Assembly (NCBI GenBank): GCA_044226015.1
Contig: JBGAHS010000001.1
Span: forward strand, 352,001 to 416,000
Length of the DNA stretch: 64,000 bases
Source: Candidatus Obscuribacteraceae bacterium
Lineage (GTDB): Bacteria; Cyanobacteriota; Vampirovibrionia; Obscuribacterales; Obscuribacteraceae
Direction of reading: 5' to 3'
The notes below the pieces were generated by a model. That model was given only the letters and a program-made list of their open reading frames with translations. It did no database searches and was not told where the DNA came from. The position numbers and the translations under genes were made by a program. Of this stretch, positions 48,605 to 57,300 are shown piece after piece (within the stretch, counting starts at the first letter, position 1; each line of letters starts with the position of its first letter).

Positions 48605-49066
48605 CTATTGAGCTGTAACAACTATCGGGAAAGTATAGGTTTTGCTGAACTTCAACAGGGTGTTGCTTCCAACGTTAAATCCATAGACGAAAATTGGAGC
48701 TGGCAACCTGACTTGGGAGTAACAAGTGACTTGAACGTACGGACTGGTGTTTGCGGGAGGAACTCCGCCGAAATCGTTGTAGACAAATTTGCTAACGTCT
48801 ACAATTGGTGAGCTAACAAAGTAACCGTCCCCTCGATAGCAGTTTACGGCCGTTTTTGCTAGCAGAAGACTATCCTGGTAGTTGTTGCATTGGGCTGACA
48901 TGCGAGCGGCATCTCTGCAGGCTCTTTCGGTTAACGATGAGCCGATCGCGAGAATCAACATGTTCAGGCAAAATAGAGTCATCACAATCAATAGAACGCA
49001 GACGACCGCGAATTCCAGAATGGCGCCGCCTTTCTTATTTCTGTTTAGAAAACGCATTGTGTTCAT
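48605..49066 (-). CDS. TadE-like pseudopilin
   Basis: KKG-GAILEF prepilin site, TM helix, ACRDAAR. Confidence 0.88.
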   Translation of the reverse strand: MNTMRFLNRNKKGGAILEFAVVCVLLIVMTLFCLNMLILAIGSSLTERACRDAARMSAQCNNYQDSLLLAKTAVNCYRGDGYFVSSPIVDVSKFVYNDFGGVPPANTSPYVQVTCYSQVRLPAPIFVYGFNVGSNTLLKFSKTYTFPIVVTAQ

Positions 49067-49071
49067 TTTGC

Positions 49072-50811
49072 TTACCTCACAAGTTGCACGAGGCAGCGAG
49101 CTACATGTTCAAACGTATAGCGAAGTTGTTTTGCATCTGTAACCAGATAGAAGTGACCTCCGTTTCCAGCAATGGCAGCCATGCCGCCAGTTGTTGGGTT
49201 AGAGTTTGTATCGTTTAATATCGATGTCTCTCCTGGAATTATCTCGGGATTTTGAGCTAGCCCAATGGTGTAAATTGGAATGCCTGCCGTTTTCGCCTGG
49301 ACGGCCGCCAGCCTTGCGTTAGACCACGGGTCTGAACTTAGAGGTCCGCCGGTGGTCGGCTGTCCATCAGTAAATAGGACGATTGCCCTGCGCGAACCAA
49401 CCCTGCTTTGATTTTTCAATTGAGTAACAGCTTTGGAAACGGCATCTCCGATATTGGTAGATGTGCAGGCAGTCAAGGTCGGAATCTGCGCTATGACAGT
49501 CGAATAGTTGCTTACTGTGGGGGAGACGTTCAAGCTTATGTTCGGCAGGGGGACTTGCACTGTTCCGGCAGGGAAGCTGGAGTCGATTTTATTTTCGCTA
49601 TAAGTTCCGCTTGGGCTGCTGCCTGCATTGTCGGCGAAGGCAATCAAACCGAAATGAGCATCTGTATTTGTGTTTAGAATTTGGAAAAAAGCATTAGATG
49701 CCTCTTTTGCTGCCGCGATTGGTTGCGAGAGTGCTGTCGCCAACTCGAAGTATTTGCTTTGGTAACCACTGCGAGCTTGAATATTACTTGGAACGCCAGT
49801 GTATGCTTTGCTTGAGTTGAATGATGCAGCATCATCTAGGTTGCCGCGCGAAGCTTCTACCAGGGTTGCGACGTTTGGAAACTGATAGCCATCGCTCGAT
49901 GTGTAACCTGCAAAGGTTTTCTTTCCGTCAAGGTTTACAACCATGTCCGTAAATGTCTGTGCCGTTCCTGTAGAAACATTGCTTGGAGGATAGTTTCCTG
50001 GTGGAGTCCCTTTGTCTGCGCTTCCTCTCAACTTAGCACTGAAGGTCAAAGGGTATTTGACTCCACTATTTGCAAGCCCTAAATACTCGGGGTATTTGGT
50101 ATTAACTCTGGTGCCAGTTGCGGGGGCTCCAAGAATGTCATAAATGGTGCCGCATGCAGTGCCTCCGACCGGCGATCCGTTGCTGCTAGTCATTGTGTAA
50201 ACGATTTTGGAATCGGCAGATTGCCATTGTCTTTTGACGAAACTAACATTTGTTTGATCATCAATTGAGCCAGAAATGTCAAAACATACAACAATGTCCA
50301 GGTCAGGCACTCCTGCAAGAGCCTGTGTTTGCAAGCAAACCGAGGGTAGCTTCAGGTAAGAAAAAGCTGCTTCAAGTCCGAGGCTTCCCGTCAGTTTCAA
50401 CACTTTCCCTGCAGGATTGCCGAGTTGAACTTCGACATTATCGTGGTTGGGGTCCAGCAGCTGAACATAGACAGAGGAGCATCCGGCGGCTGGCTTGTAT
50501 TGCGGACTGCTGGTTAAAACAGCGTTCTTGAGGTCATACCCAGTTACAGTGTTTTGTTGAAACATCTTCAAGGCGGTCTCAATCGCATTTGTTTGAGCCT
50601 GGCTTGTGTCGATAATGTCGCTGCCTGCCAGGGTGGCTGCTCCGGCAAGAGCTGCCGCTTCTGTAGCTGCGCGGAGTTGGTTGCGCGCCGTCTCGACTCT
50701 TGCGATCTCAAAACCAAAGGTACCAATGAGTAACAGCACCATCACCGCAATGCCCATACCAAGTAGTACGATCATTTGTCCTTTTCTTCTGCGTATGGCT
50801 GCAGTTTTCAT
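49072..50811 (-). CDS. TadG-like pilus-tip protein with von Willebrand A domain
   Basis: RRKG-QMIVLL prepilin site, QLRAATEAAALAGA, DISGS MIDAS, TNIGDA, LFTDG. Confidence 0.88.
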   Translation of the reverse strand: MKTAAIRRRKGQMIVLLGMGIAVMVLLLIGTFGFEIARVETARNQLRAATEAAALAGAATLAGSDIIDTSQAQTNAIETALKMFQQNTVTGYDLKNAVLTSSPQYKPAAGCSSVYVQLLDPNHDNVEVQLGNPAGKVLKLTGSLGLEAAFSYLKLPSVCLQTQALAGVPDLDIVVCFDISGSIDDQTNVSFVKRQWQSADSKIVYTMTSSNGSPVGGTACGTIYDILGAPATGTRVNTKYPEYLGLANSGVKYPLTFSAKLRGSADKGTPPGNYPPSNVSTGTAQTFTDMVVNLDGKKTFAGYTSSDGYQFPNVATLVEASRGNLDDAASFNSSKAYTGVPSNIQARSGYQSKYFELATALSQPIAAAKEASNAFFQILNTNTDAHFGLIAFADNAGSSPSGTYSENKIDSSFPAGTVQVPLPNISLNVSPTVSNYSTVIAQIPTLTACTSTNIGDAVSKAVTQLKNQSRVGSRRAIVLFTDGQPTTGGPLSSDPWSNARLAAVQAKTAGIPIYTIGLAQNPEIIPGETSILNDTNSNPTTGGMAAIAGNGGHFYLVTDAKQLRYTFEHVARCLVQLVR

Positions 50812-51371
50812 TGGTTTAACCCTTGTGGATTTTCGAAGAAGTCTTTTGAGCAAACTGAAACTTTAATCGGAGCAGTTAGTCCTGGAATATTCTGCAAGCG
50901 CGCATTTTCTAACTTGAGAATTGGTTGAGCCTGTCCATTAACCACAACTTCAATTTGGTAGGCATAGGTGGACGTGTCGGCAGGTTGTGCCAGCGCCTTG
51001 CTTTGCTTGCTTACAGTTCCATCAGCTAATTTTGTGATGATTATGTTTGTGTTGACTGATGTTACTGAGATTTCGTTGAATTGTTGGGCTGCACCCTCAG
51101 CGACAGATTTTGAGGTGTGAATAGCTGATTGTTTAGTGCTGGAAACATCAGTTTCGAAAGTTCTGCATCGCGATGCCGCAAATGCAGCATCTCTTGATGC
51201 AGCGACCAGGAAACTGTATCTGATGGAAAACGACACCATAATTACTAGCGGAATCATCAAACCGCAGAAGAGCAGCCAAAGTACGATTGGTAGTTCAGCA
51301 GCGACAGAGGCTAGTGGTGTAAGCCTGCTTTCCCGCATGCTTTTCTCTTTCGGTTGTGTGTAAATAAACAT
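50808..51371 (-). CDS. TadE-like pseudopilin
   Basis: SVAAELP + TM helix + ASRDAA.AAS; Ala in place of the usual Gly at the putative cleavage site. Confidence 0.75.
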   Translation of the reverse strand: MFIYTQPKEKSMRESRLTPLASVAAELPIVLWLLFCGLMIPLVIMVSFSIRYSFLVAASRDAAFAASRCRTFETDVSSTKQSAIHTSKSVAEGAAQQFNEISVTSVNTNIIITKLADGTVSKQSKALAQPADTSTYAYQIEVVVNGQAQPILKLENARLQNIPGLTAPIKVSVCSKDFFENPQGLNQ

Positions 51372-51418
51372 AGCTAGTCACCTCTCAGTAAGAGGATGCG
51401 CCCTCTGAAAGGTTCAAT

Positions 51419-51679
51419 TCAGTCCGTGGATGGCTCGCACCAATAATGGAGCGCTTCCACAAAAACCTCGTGCTCATGATTCCTTTGCGTAGAATTCTTT
51501 CTCTGCATCTTGGTGATCAAGTCACTTGAGCCTGTGTTGTGTTTATGATTCTCGTGATATTCACGCTCTTGAATCAGTCTGGGAAGTTCTGTTCCATCGA
51601 GAGCTTTGCGTTGAGGCTTTTCTCTGCGATTCTTATTAGCTCGACGTGGAAGCTTAGCTGATCTAGATTTTCTTGGCAT
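51419..51679 (-). CDS. Small basic hypothetical protein, paralogue of 48172..48474
   Basis: AAGGAG RBS; MPRKSRS...; EHEVFVEALHYWC. Confidence 0.7.
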   Translation of the reverse strand: MPRKSRSAKLPRRANKNRREKPQRKALDGTELPRLIQEREYHENHKHNTGSSDLITKMQRKNSTQRNHEHEVFVEALHYWCEPSTD

Positions 51680-51841
51680 GATGCTTCTCCTTGTATGTCG
51701 ACTATAATTCGAAAATACCATTTAGCCCGGTATTCCTTCATCAATCTAGGGATTGGAAGCTAATCCCCCAAATAAGGGATACCAACCAATTCATTTCATA
51801 CCAGCTTGTTTCGATTGCAGTTATAAGGGAACTGGGGCGTC

Positions 51842-51880
51842 GCTTCACGAGTGGGATTGCTGCTTCACGAGTGGGATTGC
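51842..51880. repeat. Tandem 19-20-bp direct repeat GCTTCACGAGTGGGATTGC x2
   Basis: Seen directly in the intergenic sequence. Confidence 0.85.
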
Positions 51881-52095
51881 AGGCTTCCGGCCGGCATCGG
51901 AGTCAAAGAGAGCGCCGGATACGGAATGCCACTGCGGGATCCCGTGAGAACTCTCCTCGTCTGAGAATCCTGATGGGCGCTCTCGCAGTCCTGCAAAGGT
52001 AGCAGGGGCGGCAATTTGGGAATTTCACGAAGCCCATGCGGCGATCACACCTTCCCCCAGCGCCCCTGAGCGGGTAGCATAGTGGGTGGTATGGA

Positions 52096-53811
52096 GTGCT
52101 AATTGTGCCCTTTGAAGAAGTGAAACTAAATCGAAGTAGCGAACTCGACAATCAAGCTGTCGAGTCGACTATGCACAAGCTTCAGAGAGAAGCTCACCTT
52201 CTTCTTGGTGGTGTCGGCGAAGGTACGGTTGATGCAGCCAGGCACTCGGTGTCGTCAAAAGAGGCGTGGGGAAGAACTCTTCTTAGTGTTGGAACAGCAG
52301 CTGCTTTGACTATAGCCATGAAGCGACCGGGAATGCTGGGCAACATTGGAAGAGGCGCTGGAACGCTCGGCGCAGCAAACTTCATTTATGATCTTGCGAA
52401 TCCCTACAGGCTAAGTGCCATGGGAGACGCGATTAGCGATACCTGGCAATCGGGAGCAAATTTCGATCGTAATTATGGCTTGATGAAAAAAGAGCTCGGC
52501 AAGCTCAGTTTTGATACCATGCTTGGTGTCGGTGGCGGTGCTCTAGGTGCAGGCTTCGCTAGCCGGTTTGCGCTAAAAAACTCAATTGCAGAGCCAATTC
52601 TGGGAAGGCAGGCGCAAGCTGTTGAGCCGCCCATTCTTGCGGATAAGACCAGTCTTGCAGCTGCTGAAATGACTCCTGCAGCTCAGCTGTCCCGTTTAGA
52701 AGCGACAAAGCCACTGGAGCTGCTAAGTACAGAAGCGCCGAAAGGTGCTGACGCCTTAAACGTTTTTAGCCGTTCAAATGAGCCTCTAGGTCGCGCTCTT
52801 TCTAATTTCGCTCATACACCTTTTGAACTTGATGGAGTAAAGTTTGCTTCGGTTGAAGCCTTCTATCAAGCTCTAAAGTATTTGGACCCAGTGAAGAGAG
52901 CCGAGATGGCACCACTTTGGGGCAGTTATGCTAAGTCGGCTGCTAACAAAGCACCGAAATTGAGCGAAACTTCTTATATGGGTGAAACAATTACCCTCGG
53001 CTCCAAAGAGCATCATGCTTTAATAGAACGTGCAATAAAGGCTAAATTAGAGCAGAATCCGAACGTTTTAGCGGGACTTCTTGAAACTGGCAATCGCCCA
53101 ATTGTTCATGACACTGGTAAAGGAATGAACTTTACTCGGCAGAGCAATTTCCCTGACCCTGTTTTTGCATCTATGCTTGAGAAAGTACGTGCGGACTACC
53201 AGGCTAAAGGCTTTGACGCAGGAAAGTTTAACCCATCTGCTCTTGATGTTATAGACGCAAAAGGTGGTAAATCGACGAGCGTGCCTGTTTCGATTCGCGA
53301 TACCGTCAGTGGTGCTGATAAAATATTCTTGAATCCTGTTGCTATCTCTGGAGAAGCAAATTTGAAATCTGTAGCAGATGCGCTGTCCACCATAAAGAGA
53401 CCAGAGCTTCATGAATGGCATAATTTAGAGGATTATTCTAGGGCTTTTGCGGGATTTGACCGCAAAGTTAGTTCTGTAGTCGGAGGTGGCTCCGACAGCA
53501 TTGCTCTTAAGCTTGAAGACGGCAATGTTTTGAAAATCACTACGAGAGACCTTCCGGCTGATTTGGGTTCTCGCCCGTTTGATCTGCCAGTCCTGGAACG
53601 CGGTTCTAAGCCCGTAGGCATCGGCGATATCAGTGTTAATTACTTCATTCAACCGTTCGCCAGCAAGCCTAAGCAGGGGCATTTAGGAATGGTTGCAGAC
53701 ACTATTAGCAAGAGTGGTTATAACTTTGTAGAGCCGTTCATTAGTCAAGTCGGAGTCTACAAAGGGCAAGCTTACTTGCTCGATCCGTTTGCGGTGAAAC
53801 CGAAAAATTAG
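52096..53811 (+). CDS. Protein with hydrophobic N-terminal region, NADAR (YbiA-like) domain and kinase-like C-terminus
   Basis: LSNFAHTPF.LDG.KF.SVE.FYQA.K and K.EQNP....LLETG (NADAR); GGGSDSIAL...VLKIT...QVG.....YLLDP (kinase-like). Confidence 0.8.
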   Translation: MLIVPFEEVKLNRSSELDNQAVESTMHKLQREAHLLLGGVGEGTVDAARHSVSSKEAWGRTLLSVGTAAALTIAMKRPGMLGNIGRGAGTLGAANFIYDLANPYRLSAMGDAISDTWQSGANFDRNYGLMKKELGKLSFDTMLGVGGGALGAGFASRFALKNSIAEPILGRQAQAVEPPILADKTSLAAAEMTPAAQLSRLEATKPLELLSTEAPKGADALNVFSRSNEPLGRALSNFAHTPFELDGVKFASVEAFYQALKYLDPVKRAEMAPLWGSYAKSAANKAPKLSETSYMGETITLGSKEHHALIERAIKAKLEQNPNVLAGLLETGNRPIVHDTGKGMNFTRQSNFPDPVFASMLEKVRADYQAKGFDAGKFNPSALDVIDAKGGKSTSVPVSIRDTVSGADKIFLNPVAISGEANLKSVADALSTIKRPELHEWHNLEDYSRAFAGFDRKVSSVVGGGSDSIALKLEDGNVLKITTRDLPADLGSRPFDLPVLERGSKPVGIGDISVNYFIQPFASKPKQGHLGMVADTISKSGYNFVEPFISQVGVYKGQAYLLDPFAVKPKN

Positions 53812-53911
53812 TGCCAGAGATAGCCAAATTGTGGGACTGCGTTGGAGCAGGCTCAAGCTCTCTTGAGCAAAGCGGGAAGCTCTTTTTGCTTTGAGCTTAC
53901 TCGTTGTGACA

Positions 53912-54370
53912 CTACATGCGGTGTTTGATTTCGTCCCAGTCAGGTATTTTACCCAGTACCGGTTCCAAAACGGCAACATTTAAGCGAGCACTTTTGTTTG
54001 CCACTTCCAGCGCCTGTTGTCGCAATGATGTATATTCTTCTTCAGTTAAAGAACGGATTTTTCGTTTGCCCAAATACTCTACTAACAAAAGTGGAATTCT
54101 ATCAGCGCCTTCGAAACGATCTGGAGGGTATTCGAGAAGCAGATACTCTCGCCCATTTGCCGGCATTCGTTGGTTCACCGCAAACCAGTATTCACTCTTG
54201 GCTGTTTCGTCTTGTTTCAGGCATAATTGCACCGATCGCGAACCGTAGCTGTAGCATTCAGTGATTGGTAGTATTGTATTTGGTGGCAAAACCTCGAGCC
54301 CGAAGCAAAGCTCGCGCATGATATCAAAATGTTCTGTGAATTCTTCAGTCGATGCCATCTTTCTCTCCAA
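53912..54370 (-). CDS. Small hypothetical protein directly downstream of the giant protein (immunity/partner candidate)
   Basis: 152-aa ORF starting 7 bp after the stop of the giant ORF, same strand. Confidence 0.7.
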   Translation of the reverse strand: MERKMASTEEFTEHFDIMRELCFGLEVLPPNTILPITECYSYGSRSVQLCLKQDETAKSEYWFAVNQRMPANGREYLLLEYPPDRFEGADRIPLLLVEYLGKRKIRSLTEEEYTSLRQQALEVANKSARLNVAVLEPVLGKIPDWDEIKHRM

Positions 54371-54377
54371 TCAATGT

Positions 54378-57300
54378 TTATAACTTATCTACAAACAACT
54401 CAGTACCTCGCCTCAACTGTGGATAGGTATGGAACGCAGAACTTCCGTTATTGGTGTCTTTCGTTCCAGTTCCACCAAGCATGAGCCGGTCTCCTGGTTT
54501 AATTTCCTGGGTTCCCACGAGAGCTTCCCACTTATCCGTGTTCGCTCTCATTATGTATGTTCCGTAAGTTGAGCCTTTGTCTTTGGCGTAAAGTTTGCCA
54601 GACGCGTCTTTGGTCAGCTGCAGATGTTCTCTGGAAACATTGCGATTAAAATACGGTGAAGCTACGTCTTCCAGGACATCTCGCTGATGATTGCGTCCAA
54701 TCTCCAGCGGAGTGCCATCAGCTTCCACTCTTAATTGCATTCCTCCGAAATCTATTTTGTTTGCAACGGCTTCGACCTTTGCCGGGGCTGAAGCGAACAA
54801 CTTCAATTCTGTGCCGTAGCGTTTAGCTGGGTCCGCATCCCACGCTACAGATGGAGTGTCGGAGGTTCCACCTAACATTACGCGGTCGCCTGGCTGTACT
54901 TCAGTCTTGCTTGTTACGGCTTCCCATCGATTGCTGCCATTACGCTGAATGTAGGTGCCGTTGCTGGAATTGTTGTCTGTTATGAATACTCTTCCATCTG
55001 CTTCGCGGTTGACGACTGCGTGAGAGCGCGACACGTTCTTATTATTGAACGGTGAGTTGTCAGCACCGAGGGTTTGTTGATGTGACCGGCCAACGCTGAG
55101 CGCTGGTCCGCCTGCTGCCAGGTCGAGCTGCTCGCCGCCGATGCCAATATTCACTTTGGCTTCTGGCGTTAACTTAGACCCCGGTGCAACCGGTGCCATG
55201 GGGGCATCGAATCCACTGGGCGATTTCACCGTACCAAGCAACAGGTCGGTGGGGTCTTTCCCTTCGGGCAAATATTTGTTCGCCAGGGCGTAATACGCTT
55301 GTCTGTCAGTCAAGTCTCCTGCTTGCTTGCTTGCGCTGCTTTCGTCCAGATATAAGCGGGGACCATCGCCTCCTTCCCTGACTCTGGATCCGTTAGACTG
55401 AGCTGCAAGCGAGAGGTTTGAGTCTCGGTCATAACCAAGTGTGTTAGGACGCAGTCCCGCATTCTTTTCCACTTGCCGTAATTGATCGCTTGTTAAACGC
55501 TCACCGGGCTTCAGTCCCATTTGCGAATGGATATGATCTGCCAGCGGTTTGTCGAGCTTCGCTGCAATATCGCTATCCATTCTTGTTATCTGGTAGAAGT
55601 CTCGAACGATGCCTACTCGGTTCGAGCTGCCAGTTACTTTGTCGATGTTTCCAGTGTCGATTGGTTTTGCTCGACCCAGATTTTTTTCCGTAAGTATTCT
55701 GTCTATTTCTTTTTGTACAGCAACCGCATCTTCCGGAGTCTTTGTGAATACGGTGAAACCTTTTGCTTCCTGTCCCTTTCCTGTTGGAGAGAAAGTGCCT
55801 TCTGGAGCCGTTCCTGCGCCGACTTTAGGATCGAATGTTTTCCATCCGTGAATCTTGGATGCTAGCGCTGGATTCTTTTCAAGCTCAGGAATCAGAGCCT
55901 CTTGCAATTTGCCGAGGTCTGCATTTCCATCTGTTGTCACATGAACTTTTACGGCTCCGGGTGGACCAGAATCGAGTTTTCCATAAAACCAATCTTGTTG
56001 CGGTGTTTTGATTAGTTTGAATTGATCGCCGTTGATTTCGACTTGCCGCAGGAATGGCATGTCGTTCGGCTCGCTGACTTTCATTCTCTTCGGAAATTCA
56101 GGTGCTGCATCCTTTGGAAGTGCTGCGCGATCGAATGCATCGATTTTAACTTCCGTGCCGAAGCGTTTTGCTGGATCTTTGTCTGCCACCGCAGATGGTG
56201 TCTCGCTGGTTCCGCCCAGCATTACCTTGTCTCCAGGCTGAACCTCGGTTCTTCCTGTCACTGTTTCCCACTTATCTGAGCCATTGCGCTTGATATAGGT
56301 TCCATTGCTGGAGTTATTATCAGTGATAAACACTTTGCCGTCGGCGTCTCGACTGAGCGTGGCGTGATTTCGAGATACATTCAAATTCTCGTGTGGGCTA
56401 TTCGACCCGAGAGAGGTTTGATGTGAACGTCCCAATGGAACTGAGGGACCGCCTGCTTCTAAATTGATTTTGTCGCCACCAATTCCAAGTCCGACATTTG
56501 CCTCTGCACTGAAAGATGGTTTTGCAGCCTGCGGGAGGGCTTGAACAGGTGGTGCTTCAAATTTTGGAGATTTGACCAGGCCCGCAGCTAAATCTGCAGG
56601 ACCTTGTCCTTCGGGAAGATACTTGTTTGACAGTGCGTAAAAAGCTTGTCTGTCCGTCAAATCACCAAATTCTTTTCCAGCCTTTCCTTCATCAAGGTAA
56701 ATGCGCGGACCGCTGCCGCCATCATGCATGCCGCTTGAGCGAGATTGTGCGATGAGCGAAAGATTGTTGTCCCTATCATAAGCGAGCGTTTCCGGTCTCA
56801 ACCCAGCCGCTTTTTCCACCTGTCGAAGCTGTTCGGGAGACAGCTTTTGACCAGGTTGCAAGCCCATTTGAGCCTGAATGTGCTCGGCTAGTGGTTTGTC
56901 CAATCGGGCTGCAAGATTGCCATCGACTTGAGTTGGTTCAAATTGGTCTCGAACGATTCCAACTCGGTTGGATGATCCTTTTATCTGGTCGATATTACCG
57001 GTGTCTATCGGTGTCGAACGACCCAGTCCTTTTTCAGTAAGTACTCTGTCAATTTCCTTCTGCAGAGCTACTGCATCTTCAGGAGTTCGGGCGTAGATTG
57101 TGAATGCTTTTGCTCCCTGTCCTTTGCCATTGGGCAACCATGCGCCTGGTCCTGCGTTACCAGCACCAATTTCGGGGTCAAATGTTTTCCAACCATGAAC
57201 TTTCGCTGCTAGTTCCGGATTCTTATTCAGTGCCGGAATTAATGCCTCTTGTAGCTTTCCAAGGTCTTGAACTCCGTCTGTCATCACATGGATTTTGACA

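Noticed and set aside
51820..51960. Cobalamin riboswitch (AGGGAA...GCCACTG) or HDV-like ribozyme (GGCCGGCAT)
   Set aside because: Only isolated words match; the remaining conserved elements and pairings could not be found.
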